A DNA stretch of 64,000 nt from Mobula birostris (lineage: Eukaryota), in NCBI RefSeq assembly GCF_030028105.1, contig NC_092377.1:79824569-79888568 (forward strand). The letters are read 5' to 3'. The notes below the pieces were generated by a model. That model was not told the origin of the DNA. It searched no databases and saw nothing but the letters and a program-made list of their open reading frames with translations. The first letter of the stretch is position 1; each line of letters opens with the position of its first letter. Both the position numbers and the translations under genes were made by a program. This document shows, in pieces, positions 12,501 to 24,829 of this stretch.

Positions 12501-14291
12501 TTGAAAATACATTCTATGCTATTATTTCAACCATACAATGCTTTCAACATAATCCAACATAATCCAAGAGCATTAACTGACAACGAAACACTGAAGAATA
12601 TATGAGGGCAAGTTATCAATATCTTGAGAGGTAGGTTTCAAGGAATTCAAAGAGGAAAGGGTATTAGCAGCAGACAGATTTTGGGAAGACATCCCAGACC
12701 AAAAGTCCACTGATTAAATGTTGTGCTTTGAGCTGGAGGCCTGTGTAATGTTTGTAACTCCAAAGATAAAACTAATTAAAATAAAACACAGAGCTGGGGA
12801 TAAGGTGGAAGATCAAGTTGTACTTTAGAGAGGCGCGCACTTATGATGTGAGAGTTTCAGCAGCAAATAAGATGATTCAAGGGTGCAATCATGTAATATT
12901 ATGGAAGTGAATTAAAGATAGTATCTCCTGTAGCACCAATGTAGTTTAGAATTCACCAGTGCTATACGCAATGGACAAAGTACTTACTTTGATTTCCTTT
13001 CCCTAAGTTCCAGCCTTCTGATTAGTGAGCACAGTTGCAATATAAAACCATAAGACCTTAAGATATAGGAGCAGAATTAGACCACGTGGCTCATCGAGTC
13101 TGCTCCGCCATTTCATCATGGCTGATCCAATTTTCCTCTCAGTCCCAATCTCCTGCCTTCTGTATTCCTCAATGCCCTGACCAATCAAGAATCTATCAAC
13201 CTCTGCCTTAAATATGCATAAAAACTTGGTTTCCACAGCTGCCTGTGGCAAAGAATTCATCTCTCTGGTTAAAGAAATTCCTCTTAATCTCCATTCTAAA
13301 AGGATGCCCCTTTATTCTGAGGCTGTGTCCTCTGCTTTTAGATTCTCCCACCATAGGAAAGATCCTATCCACATTCACTCTATAAAGGCCTTTCACCATT
13401 TGATAGGTTTCAATGAGGTCACCCTCATTCTTCTGAATTCTAGTGAATACAGGCCCAAAGTCATCAAACACTCTTCACATGACAAGCTATTCAATCCTGG
13501 AATAATTTTCGCGAACCTCCTTTGAAGCCTCTCCAGTTTCAGCACATCCTTTCTAAGATGGGGCCCAGAACTGCTCACAATACTCCAAGTGAGGCCTCAC
13601 CAGTGCTTTATAAAGTTTCAAGATTACAAGTTTCAAGAGCTGATTGTGGACTTCAGGAAGAGTAAGATGAAGGAACACATACCAATCCTCATAGATGGAT
13701 CAGAAGTGTAGAGAGTGAGCAGCTTCAAGTTCCTGGATGTCAAGATCTCTGAGGACCTGACCTGGTCCCTACGTATCGATACAGTTATAAAAAAGGCAAG
13801 ACAGTGACTATACTTCATTAGGAGTTTGACGAGATTTGGTACGTCAAGAAATATGCTCAAAAACTTCTATACATATACCGTGGACAGCATTCTGACAGGC
13901 TGCATCATTGTCTGGTATTTGGAAGGGGGGGGTGCTACTGCACAGGACTGAAAGAAGCTGCGGAGGGTTGTAAATTTAGTCAGCTCCATCTTGGATACTA
14001 GCCTACAAAGTACCCAAGGCATCTTCAAGGAACGGTGTCTCAGAAAGGCAGCATCCATTATTAAAGACCTCCAGCACCCTGGGTATGCCTTTTCTCACTG
14101 TTACCATCAGGTAGGAGGTACAGAAGCCTGAAGGCACACACTCGGCGATTCAGGAACAGCTTCTTCCCCTCTGCCTTCTGATTCCTAAATGGACATTGAA
14201 CCACCTTTTTTAATATATATTGTTTCTGTTTTTGCACAATTTTTATTCTATTCAATATACGTATACTGTAACTGATTTACTTATTTATTTA

Positions 14292-15891
14292 AACGCAAAC
14301 AACAGGAATTCTGCAGATGCTGGAAATTCAAGCAACACACATCAAAGTTGCTGGTGAACGCAGCAGGCCAGGCAGCATCTGTAGGAAGAGGTGCAGTCGA
14401 TGTTTCAGGCCGAGACCCTTCGTCAGGACTAACTGAAGGAAGAGTGAATAGGGGATTTGAAAGTTGGAGGGGGAGGGGGAGATCCAAAATGATAGGAGAA
14501 GACAGGAGGGGGAGGGATAGAGTCAAGAGCTGGACAGGTGATAGGCAAAAGGGGATACGAGAGGATTATGGGACAGGAGGTCCGGGAAGAAAGACAAGGG
14601 TGGGGGGGACCCAGAGGATGGGCAAGAGGTATATTCAGAGGGACAGAGGGAGAAAAAGGAGAGTGAGAGAAAGAATGTGTGCATAAAAATAAGTAACAGA
14701 TGGGGTACGAGGGGGAGGTGGGGCCTTAGCGGAAGTTAGACAAGTCGATGTTCATGCCATCAGGTTGGAGGCTACCCAGACGGAATATAAGGTGTTGTTC
14801 CTCCAACCTGAGTGTGGTTTCATCTTTACAGTAGAGGAGGCCGTGGATAGACATGTCAGAATGGGAATGGGATGTGGAATTAAAATGTGTGGCCACTGGG
14901 AGATCCTGCTTTCTCTGGCGGACAGAGCGTAGATGTTCAGCAAAGCGGTCTCCCAGTCTGCGTCAGGTCTCGCCAATATATAAAAGGCCACATCGGGAGC
15001 ACCGGACACAGTATATCACCCCAGTCGACTCACAGGTGAAGTGTTGCCTCACCTGGAAGGACTGTTTGGGGCCTTGAATGGTGGTAAGGGAGGAAGTGTA
15101 AGGGCATGTGTAGCACTTGTTCCGCTTACACAGCTAAGTGCCAAGAGGGAGATCAGTGGGGAGGGATGGGGGGGACGAATGGACAAGGGAGTTGCGTAGG
15201 GAGCGATCCCTGCGGAATGCAGAGAGAGGGGGGGAGGGAAAGATGTGCTTAGTGGTGGGATCCCGTTGGAGGTGGCGGAAGTTACGGAGAATAATATGTT
15301 GGACCCGGAGGCTGGTGGGGTGGTAGGTGAGGACCAGGGGAACCCTATTCCTAGTGGGGTGCCGGGAGGATGGAGTGAGTGCAGATGTACGTGAAATGGG
15401 GGAGATGCGTTTAAGAGCAGAGTTGATAGTGGAGGAAGGGAAGCCCCTTTTTTTAAAAAAGGAAGACATCTCCCTCGTCCTAGAATGAAAAGCCTCATCC
15501 TGAGAGCAGATGCGGCGGAGACGGAGGAATTGCGAGAAGGGGTTGGCGTTTTTGCAAGAGACAGGGTGAGAAGAGGAATAGTCCAGATATCTGTGAGAGT
15601 CAGTAGGCTTATAGTAGATATCAGTGGATAAGCTGTCTCCAGAGACAGAGACAGAAAGATCTAGAAAGGGGAGGGAGGTGTCGGAAATGGACCAGGTAAA
15701 TTTGAGGGCAGGGTGAAAGTTGGAGGCAAAGTTAATAAAGTCAACGAGTTCTGCATGCGTGCAGGAAGCAGCGCCAATGCAGTCGTCGATGTAGCGAAAG
15801 AAAAGTGGGGGACAGATACCAGAATAGGAACGGAACATAGATTGTTTCACAAACCCAACAAAAAGGCAGGCATAGCTAGGACCCATACGGG
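14292..15891 (-). mobile_element. Penelope-like element (Neptune-type), 5'-truncated: RT core to GIY-YIG endonuclease plus pLTR
   Basis: ORF 15134-15922 contains MGPSYACLF, FRYIDDCIG and FLDLSV. After an in-frame stop come the CKRNKCYTC linker and GVIYCVRCSRCGLLYIGET (GIY-YIG). Confidence 0.92.
14395..14430 (-). ncRNA. Minimal type-I hammerhead ribozyme motif (helix III mutated, GAAACATC)
   Basis: AGTC CTGACGA AGGGTCTCGGCCT GAAA CATC GACT; helix I is AGTC/GACT. Confidence 0.7.
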
Positions 15892-16625
15892 CCCCAAACA
15901 GTCCTTCCAGGTGAGGCAACACTTCACCTGTGAGTCGACTGGGGTGATATACTGCGTCCGGTGCTCCTGATGTGGCCTTTTATATATTGGCGAGACCCGA
16001 CGCAGACTGGGAGACCGCTTTGCTGAACATCTACGCTCTGTCCGCCAGAGAAAGCAGGATCTCCCAGTGGCCACACATTTTAATTCCACATCCCATTCCC
16101 ATTCTGACATGTCTATCCACGGCCTCCTCTACTGTAAAGATGAAGCCACACTCGGGTTGGAGGAACAACACCTTATATTCCGTCTGGGTAGCCTCCAACC
16201 TGATGGCATGAACATCGACTTCTCTAACTTCCGCTAGGCCCCACCTTCCCCCTCGTACCCCATCTGTTACTTATTCTTATGCACACATTCTTTCTCACAC
16301 TCTCCTTTTTCTCCCTCTGTCCCTCTGAATATACCTCTTGCCTATCCTCTGGGTCCCCCCCCCTTGTCTTTCTTCCTGGACCTCCTGTCCCATGATCCTC
16401 TCATATCCCCTTTTGCCTATCACCTGTCCAGCTCTTAGCTCCATCCCTCCCCCTCCTGTCTTCTCCTATCATTTTGGATCTCCCCCTCCCCCTCCAACTT
16501 TCAAATCCCTTACTCACTCTTCCTTCAGTTAGTCCTGACGAAGGGTCTCGGCCTGAAACGTCCACAGCACCTCTTCCTACAGATGCTGCTTGGCCTGCTG
16601 CGTTCACCAGCAACTTTGATGTGTG
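15889..16625 (+). mobile_element. Inverted Penelope pLTR/endonuclease segment
   Basis: Reverse complement of ~14336-15073; GPKQSFQVRQHFTCESTGVIYCVRCS*CGLLYIGET with a CGA>TGA stop. The composite is flanked by TTACTTATTTATTTA at 14277-14291 and 16626-16640. Confidence 0.92.
16531..16566 (+). ncRNA. Minimal type-I hammerhead ribozyme motif (helix I 3' arm mutated)
   Basis: AGTC CTGACGA AGGGTCTCGGCCT GAAA CGTC cac. Confidence 0.65.
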
Positions 16626-18475
16626 TTACTTATTTATTTATTATTTTTTCTATATTATGTATTACATTGAACTGCTGCTGCTAAGTTAACAAATTTCACG
16701 ACACCTGCCGGTGATAATAAATCTGATTCCAATTCTGAATCCATGTTTCTATATTTTAGTCCTCTTGAAATGAATGCTAACATTACATCTGCCTTCCTCA
16801 CCACAGATTCAACCTGCAAATTAACCTTTAGGGAATCCTGCACAAAGACTCCCAAATCTCCTTGTGCCTCTGATTTTTGTATTTTCTCTCCATTTAGAAA
16901 ATAGCCACCCATTTCATTTCTTCCACCAAAGTACATGACCATACACTTCACGACACTGCATTCCATGTGCCATTTCTTTGCCCATTCTTCTAGTCTGTCT
17001 AAGTCCTTCTATAGCCTATTTCCTCAGAACTACCTGCCCCGCCAACTACCTTCATATCATCTGTAAACTTTGCAACAAAGTCATCAATTCTATCACCCAA
17101 ATCATTAATATATAATGTAAATAAAATCAGTTCCAACACAGACCCCTGTGGAACACCACTAGTACCGGCAGCCAGTCAGAAAAGACTCCTTTTATTCCCA
17201 CTGTTTGCCTCCTGCCAATCAGACACTACTTTATCCATGCTAGAATTTCTCCTGTAATACCATGGGTTCATAGCGTGTTAAGCAGCCTCATGTGTGGCAC
17301 CTTGTCAAAAGCCTTCTGAAAATCCAAGTACATAATATCAACTGATTCTCCTTTGTCTATCCTGCTTATTATTTCTTCAAAGAATTCCAATAGATCTGTC
17401 AGGAGATATTTTTCCTTGAGGAAACCATGCTGACAATGGCCTATTTATCATGTGCCTCCAAGTAACCTGAGACCACATCCTTGATAGTCAAATCCAACAT
17501 CCTCCCAACCACTGAGGTCAGATTAACTGGTCTATAGTTTCCTTTCTTCTGTCTCTCTCTCCTTGAAGAGTGGAGTGACATTTGCAATTTTCCAACTTCT
17601 GGAACCATTCCAGAATTTTATGATACTTCAAAGATCATTACCAACGCCTCCACGAACTCTTCAGCCACCTCTTTCAGAACCCTGGGGGTGGGGGGGGGGG
17701 TACACCATCTGGTTTAGGTAACTTAGCTACCTTCAGACCTTTCAGTTTCCCAAGAACCTTCTCTCTAGTTATGGTAAATCCATGTAAGCCTGAGTTGTAT
17801 TCCACCCACTAAATTTATTCCCAACTATTCTCTGCTGTGTACATCTTTCTGAAGAAATTATCTTTATTTTATTGAATGAACTTGCCGCAGTGTCTGTGTT
17901 AATTTCTGTTTGCTTGAGTCTTCAATAGCCTCTAAATTTCTCAGCAAACTGACTTTGTTTAACAAGAACAAAAGAACACATTCTGGTGGAGGGTCTCAAC
18001 CTGAAACGTCGACACTCCCTCTCCCTCCACAGATGCTGCCTGACCTGCTGAGTTCCACCAGCTGTACACTCCCCCCCATAACAGCGCCTGCGGTCTCTGC
18101 CTGTATGTCTCCCTTTGCTTGTTTTCCAACACACTCCTTGCTGTGAGCCAAATCATATGCCTGCATACTTGCAATTCATTGGCTGACATGGCACTCTGCT
18201 TAGTCATAAATTATTAAAATATGTTTAAGTCCTTTATTGGAAAAAGCAGTTGTGCTAAATGTAATCACTTTTATTCATTAGGCAGAAATTGGTTTGACAA
18301 GATGAACCGCTTTGTTGAAGAGCTGATAAAACATAGTTGTCCAGGCACGGATTAATCAGCTATTTTGATCCAATTTTAAAGAAACTTGTTAAGGTTTCGC
18401 TATTCTGAAAGTGGGCAAAAAGGCAATACAGGAAATAGCAAGGGAGTGGTTCGTCCTGGAGTGATAAATATATCC

Positions 18476-18997
18476 TGTGATGACAAACCAAGTTATCAGA
18501 AGATTGATGCTGATGAGAGAGATAAGGGAGACAAATGGAGAAATGTTCAAAATGTTAATGAGAGAGGAGAGAGAGATAACGAAAAGAGACACCAGTCCGA
18601 GTATTGACAGACCGGTTGCTTTGAACCTGAACTGTTTGAAGTTTGATGGAGAGGCGATACCCCAGCAGGGGGATAAAAAGAACAGGTTCGCTAAGGCAAG
18701 ACACACCATGAGATCACGAGATAACAAGACCCTGGAAAAGCGGTGTGCCCTCACAAGTTGGTGGGAGTTTGGAGGTCTGGTCGTGGGAACCGACCATAGA
18801 CGCACAGGGTGAAAAGGTACGATCGGCGGGAACCTGGTGTGTGTGTCCGCCCTTGCATGGGTGCCGGGTTCACCGCGGAAGAACGGTCGTATCCAGAACG
18901 GAGGGGTCACAGTCGGTGACCACGGAAGATATAAAAGGGTTCGTCCGAAAGCTAACTGCAGAGAACATCAAGGTCTGTCTGAATCAGATTTGCATAT

Positions 18998-19037
<40 letters not shown>

Positions 19038-19326
19038 ACGGCACAACAGTGATTACTGTGAACTGTACTAAGCTGAACTGAACTCTGCGTCACTTGAGAC
19101 TGATCATTTTACCCCTAGACTGCAGTAGAGCTTGATTGATTCCTATTACCCTAGTTCTGTGTACATGTGTGTTTTATCATTGCTAACCTGTTGCACTTAC
19201 ATCCTTACTGTTAGAGTACTGTGTCACTTACTTCTTTAATAAAACTTTCTTAGTTCCAGTAATCCAGACTCCAACTAATTGGTCCATTTCTGCTGGTTTG
19301 GCAACCCAGTTACGGGGTACGTAACA
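18476..19326 (+). mobile_element. Solo LTR (851 bp)
   Basis: TGT...ACA termini, 4-bp TSD ATCC (18472-18475 and 19327-19330), TATA-like gatataaaagg at ~18928, AATAAA at ~19238, internal (CT)n. Confidence 0.8.
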
Positions 19327-19499
19327 ATCCCTAAGTGTCAGCCAAAAGTTTCGGTGGTTCTGTACATTCTGTCCCATTATAATGATGCTGAATATGTAGA
19401 GGTGGGTTTGATCAGGATCTCCTACTTGAACACTTCAGCAAAAAGTACAACATGTTACTGCTGAGAAATGTGGCTGCTTCTCTGTGGCTTATGTCATTA

Positions 19500-20570
19500 A
19501 GAGGGTAAAACCATTAAATTGCACTTCAGGAGGGGGAAGTTAGGAGAACACACACCAGTCCTCGTTGAGGGGTCTGCGGAGGAAAGGGTGAGCAGCTTCA
19601 ACTTCATGGGCATCAGCAACTCAGAGGATCTATCCTGGGCCCAACATATTGATGCAATTACAAAGAAGGCATGCCAGTGGCTCTATTTTGTTGGGAATTT
19701 GAGGAGACTCTATAGCAAATTTCTACAGAAGTATGGAGAAAAATATTTTGGCTGGTTGCATCACCACCTGGTATGGAAATTCAAATGCCTGTTCCTCATA
19801 GGCACAACCATCCCACTACTGAGGGCATCTTCAAAAGGTGATGCCTCAAGAAGGCTCCATCCACCATTAAGGACTCTCATTGTCGGGGACATACCATCTT
19901 ATCATTCCTACCATCTTCTCTAAGGATCATCACCTTGTCATGGTGGAGAGACTTGTGGGTTCCTGAGATCCAGGGACTGATGCCATCTGGAGCTTAGCTC
20001 CTGGTACGGCCACATATGGTGGCAAGGTCAAGAGGCTTTTTCCAGACCAAGAGCGATCCAACCAAAACCTCAAAGGTGGAACTGGCGGAAGATGACACAT
20101 CACAACAGCAGTGAAGGCAGAGGAAGGCTGGAGCAGTGAAAGGTCCCAGTTGTCTTGCATTCCAGGCCAATGGACCCTGACCCCGATCTGTCAAGGAGTG
20201 CGTGGCGGCTGCCTGTGCATCAACATCCCCATGTTAAACAAAGTCACACACAGGCGTTCTCCTTTCAGGGAATAACCCCTTGGGAGAACATCATACTCAA
20301 CTCCAGTAATTGCACTACAACTACTACTACTGTTACTACTATCAGGGAAGAGGTACAGGAGCCTGAAGATCACTCAACACTTTAGCAACAGCTTTCCTTT
20401 GCTATAAGGTTTCTGACTGAACTGTGCATGAACAGTACCTCACTATTCCACTTTAGCATTATTTATGTTTTGTAACTTTACTGATGTTTATGTCTTGCAC
20501 CGTACTGCCGCCACAAAACAAAAACTTAAATGGCATATGTGAGTGATAGTAAACCTGACTATGATTGGTC
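19500..20570 (+). mobile_element. Rex/Babar LINE 3' fragment split by an RTE-derived insertion
   Basis: Peptide FNFMGISNSEDLSWAQHIDAITKKA; the host resumes at atcagggaagaggtacagg (~20341); tail aaacctgactatgatt. Confidence 0.7.
19916..20340 (+). mobile_element. Non-autonomous RTE-derived element (RTE-like 5' UTR with (CTA)n tail)
   Basis: Starts atcaccttgtcatggtggagagacttg (BovB/RTE-like 5' end) and ends actacaactactactac; degenerate TSD ctaccatc/ctactatc. Confidence 0.6.
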
Positions 20571-22816
20571 AGCATAATATCATGATAGAGTCAGAGACAA
20601 TGAATGAGAAGTCTCCTCTCAGTAAAATGGAAGGTACTTCAGGTAAATGAGTTCAGATTCTTGGTTGGCACAAGCAACTCCTGAAATTACGATTCAGGGA
20701 GGGTGTAAATAGGCAGTCGATATTATGGCTAAGTTGCATTTGCTCAGGAAATTTCCTTAAAACCTTCCCCCTTGAACTGAAAAACCCAATCTTTGTAATT
20801 GAAGCGGCTTTGTGAAAATCTGGGATTGACTGACTAGGTTCAAGAAATGGCGATCAATGACTATGGAAGAGAAATAATCAGGAAGTGGAATTCATAAGCA
20901 GGGATTTAAAATGATTGTGTATCTGTGATACCCGTGCTGGCTCCCTGTGATCCTGCTCTGTCTCTGCACTTGAAAAGGTCAAGTGAATTATTGCCAGGCT
21001 TTGCAAAGGGAACCTGCGGTTAGAGGTTGCTGGTCAGGTATGTTTCTGCCACATTATGTTTGGCCGACCAGGGAGAGAAATTGAGCCAAGAAACTAAATT
21101 GCAGTGGCTGGTCAGCAGTGAAGAGAGAAAAAGGACACATCAGAGAAAATTTCACAGCAGGTTCCAATCAACAAAGCCAAGGCATTTCAAAAATGTACAA
21201 AGTGAATCAATGCATCAAATGTCTTCTATTTATACCACCACAAACAACACAATCTCAATTCAGTTCAAGAAGAATTTCAGGTGCATCTATCAGATAATCC
21301 AGTTTCAGAATTACTTTCATTAAAGCCAGCGCTAGCTTTAAAATGTTGTTCTGCAAATAATTCTTTTGGCATTTGTCTTGGTACATTGCTCCAACTTTCT
21401 ATTGATGCTATTGTTGGCTTTCAGTTCGAATAATCAACAATAAAAAATGCAAACCTGAAGTATCTATTATATAAGAGAATCAGTAGATCAGGAAATCTGT
21501 GTGATAGTGCATGATGTGAGGTTTTAAATAGGATAGGGAAGCTTTTTCCATTCTGTTCAAGATGATAGGACCTGAGACCACACGTGTGTGTTCTTTTTCT
21601 TACTTTTGCACCTCTTCTTCCCTGGCAACAACCTGAAATTGAACCAGTCATCCACAGTCAAAGTGTTAAACATCATCCCAGGAGTTTCAGATCTTATACC
21701 TGTGCCATCACTAGGATCACCCATTATGATCTCCTTAGCACTGCCTGACTCTATACCCATTGCCACATTGAATGCCCAACTTGTCTCCAATGACTTTTAA
21801 ATTAATTAGTGATTTGGCCAAGACTCAAAAAGTAAAATTTTCAAAATGTAAAATTAAAAGTATGAGATAATACATGATGGAAGAAAGAACACAATTTTGA
21901 CTTTTATTATCAAAAAATCTGGAAGTAATTAGTTTTAGTAGTTGCACTGTTCATTATTACCTTTCAAACATTACAACAATATGGACCACAACATTATCAA
22001 CCTCTCTAACATGATAACATATTTAGGACTGTTGAGTGGTGAGGAAAATTAAACTCAATTAATTCTGTGATTATTAAAAATTGCAGGTTAATTGCATTTG
22101 TAATTACATTGTAAAACAATAATATAATAGTAATATTACTGATTAATACAAAAGGAAAAAGGTTTGGGACAAATAGGGTGGAGAGAAGGATAAGGAGAGG
22201 CAGCAGGAGATAAAGAGACAGGAATAGGGAAGAGAAGACGAGGAAGTGGGGGGTAGAGAAGAGGGGGAAGCTGGGTGTAAAGAGGTGGGACAGGAACTGT
22301 GAAAAGAGGATTGAGGGGGATAGTGAGCCAAGTAAGATACATTGTGGAGGAAACAGAGAGATCTTGGTCTCCCACCTCCTTAAATCCCTCAAAGTTGTTG
22401 CACTAGTTGATAAGGTTGTTAAGGCGGCATTTGGTGCCTTGGCGTTCATTTGTCAGGGAACTGAGTTCAACAGCCTTGAGGTAATGCTGCAGCTCCACAG
22501 TATTCTGGGGTACACCACACTTGGGATATCGTGTTTAATTCTAGTTACCACATTATTGGAAGGATGTGGAAGCTTCAGAGTGTGTAGAGGAGATTTACTG
22601 GGATGCTGCCATGATTAGAAAGTATGTATCATGAGGAAAGCAAACACGAGGAAATCTGCAGGTGCTGGAAATTCAAGCAACACACACAAAAAATGCTGGT
22701 GAATGCAGCAGGCCAGGCAGCATCTATAGGAAGAGGTAAAGGCTGAGCGAGCAAAGGTTTTTCTTTTTGGAGTGGAGGAGGATGAGAGGTAATTTGATAA
22801 AGGTGTACAAGATGAT

Positions 22817-23852
22817 ATGAAGCATGGTTTCCTGAAAGGAAAATCCTGCCTGACAAACCTGCTGCAATTCTTTGAGGAAATTACAAGCAGAGTACACAAA
22901 AGAGATGCAGTAGACATGGTGAACTTGGATTTTCAGAAGGTTTTTGACAAGGTGCTGCACATGAGGCTGCTTAGCAAGATAAGTGCCCATAGAATTACAG
23001 GGAAGTTACTAGCATGGTTGGAGCTTTGGCTGGTCAGCAGAAAACAGAGAGGAGGAATAAAGGGATCCTATTCTGGCTGGCTGCCGGTTACCAGTGGAGT
23101 TCCACAGGGGCTGGTGTTGGGACCACTGCTTCTTACGATGTATGTCAATGATTTGGACTACGGTATTAATGGATTTGTGGCTAAATTTGCCAATGATACA
23201 AAGATAAATGGAGGAGCGGGTAGTGTTGAGGAAACAGAGAGCCTGCAGAGAGACTTGGATAGTTTAGGGGAATGGACAAAGAAGTGGCAAATGAAATACA
23301 ATGTTGGAAAGTGTATGGTCATGCACTTCGGTGGAAGAAATAAACGGGCAGACTATTATTTAGAAGGGGAGAGAATTCAAAATGCAGAGATGCAAAGGGA
23401 CTTGAGAGTCCTTGTGCAAGATACCCTAAAGGTTAACCTCAAGATTGAGTTGCTTGTGAAGAAGGCGAATGCAATGTTGGCATTCATTTCTAGAGGCATA
23501 GAATATAACAGCAGGGATATGATGTTGAGGCTCTGTAAGGTACTCATGAGACCACACTTGGATTATTGTGTGCAGTTTTGGGCTCCTTATTTCAGAAAGG
23601 ATATACTGACATTGGAGAGGGTTCAGAGAAGATTCACGAGAATGATTACAGGAATGAAAGGGTTGGGCCGGCTGGTGGCACAATGACATCGGTGCCGGAC
23701 CCGGGAGCGGAGGTTCCCAGGTTCGAAACCAGTCGGGTCCGCTCCCAAGCATGCTTTCCATCCATGCTGGGTTGAGTGTCGAGATCTCAACTCGACCTCG
23801 TAAAATAAAGGGAAAAATACTGTGAAAATGTCTGTGTGAGGAGTGGTGCGCG

Positions 23853-23887
<35 letters not shown>

Positions 23888-24496
23888 CCACGCCTTGTAA
23901 AAAAGCCATGAAAAAGACATCATCACGGATGCATGCACGCACACACACAGACATGCACGCATGCACACGCAGACGCACGCACACAGACTCACACGCACGC
24001 AGGCACACGCCTAATAAAAAAAAGGAATGAAAGGGTTAGCGCATGAGGAATGTCTGGCAGCTCTTGGGCTGTATTCTCTGAAGTTCAAGAGAATGACGGG
24101 GAATCTCATAGAAACTTTCCAAATGTTAAAAGCCTGAACAGATTAGATATGGCAAAGTTATTTTCCATGGTAGGGGATTCTAGGACAAGAGGGCACAACT
24201 GCAGCATTGAAGGGTATCCTTTTAGAACTGAGATCCGGAGAAATTACTTTAGTCAGAAGATGGCAAATCTGTGGAATTTGTTGCCATGAGCAGCTGTGGA
24301 GGCCAAGTCATGGGTGTATTTAAGACAGAGATAGATAGGTTCTTGATTAGCCAGGGCATCAAAGGGTATGGGGTGACAGCAGGGGAGTGGGGATGACTGG
24401 AGGAAATGGATCAGCCGATGATTGAATGGCGGAACAGACTCGACGGGCCGAAAGCCTACTTTTGCTCCTATATCTTATGGTCGTATGGTCTTGTGA
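22817..24496 (+). mobile_element. Younger CR1 LINE with an open RT frame (22817-23664), split by a SINE
   Basis: HGFLKGKSCLTNLL, LDFQKVFDKV, SGVPQGLVLGPLL, KFANDTKI and LERVQRRFTRMI; (tatggtct)n tail; tgaagcat is shared at both junctions. Confidence 0.9.
23665..24022 (+). mobile_element. Young tRNA-derived SINE with poly(A) tail
   Basis: A-box-like TGGCACAATGA, B box GGTTCGAAACC, (CT)n and (CA/CG)n tracts, AATAAA plus an A-tail. Perfect 15-bp TSD AGGAATGAAAGGGTT (23650-23664 and 24023-24037). Confidence 0.9.
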
Positions 24497-24829
24497 AGCA
24501 TAGATTGAGCGGATAGCCAGAGACATTTTCCTTGGGCGGATATGAGGGGGCATAATTTTAAAGTGATTGGAGGAAAGTATTGGGGGAATGTCAAGAGGAA
24601 AGATGTTTATAAAGAGAGTGGTTTGTGGAGTGCCCTGTCAGGGGTGCTGCTAGAGATAGATACATTAAGGACATTTAAGAAACTTCTAGATGAGCACATG
24701 GGTGATAGAAAAATGGAGGGCTATGTAGGAGGGAGGGGTTAGATGAATCCTAGAGTACTGTAGGTTAAAAGGTCGGCATGACCTCTTGGGCCGAAGGGCC
24801 TGTACTGTGCTGTAGTGTTCTATGTCCTA

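Larger units (their letters stand above)
13629..16740 (+). mobile_element. Rex/Babar LINE 3' fragment (13629-14291 plus 16641-16740) nested in CR1
   Basis: [23 protein letters not shown] region, with tail gtgataataaatctgattccaattctga resuming after the Penelope insertion. Confidence 0.8.
13045..17780 (-). mobile_element. CR1 LINE (pieces ~13045-13628 and ~16741-17780) split by later insertions
   Basis: The 3' end ccataagaccttaagatataggagcagaattag sits at the left. RT peptides include KLERLQRRFAKIIPGL and KCMVMYFGGRNE..DLGVFVQDSLKVNLQVESVVRKA. Confidence 0.85.
22370..24825 (+). mobile_element. Older CR1 3' fragment (~22370-22817 plus ~24497-24825) hosting younger insertions
   Basis: Peptides DKVVKAAFGALAFICQG and RGHNFKVIGGKYWG; 3' end gggccgaagggcctgtactgtgctgtagtgttctatg. 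Confidence 0.75.

Noticed and set aside
18387-18475. Alternative LTR start at TGTTA (18387)
   Set aside because: The flanks do not form a TSD (AACT versus ATCC), whereas a start at 18476 gives a perfect ATCC TSD.
18389-18910. 173-aa ORF and other mid-sized ORFs (e.g. 23426-23998, 22006-22449, 24827-25500, 6502-6918)
   Set aside because: They are antisense or shadow frames of repeats or low-complexity tracts, with no domain signatures.
21604-21632. Micro-exon-like tttcag|GTTGTTGCC..CAAAA|gtaaga, plus similar candidates at ~34956-35018 (-), ~57404-57429 (-) and ~42231-42312 (+)
   Set aside because: No recognisable protein, and they do not match the expected neighbouring PLCB1 exons.
23665-23735. 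tRNA gene
   Set aside because: A and B boxes are present, but the sequence is the head of a TSD-flanked SINE and I could not form a full cloverleaf.
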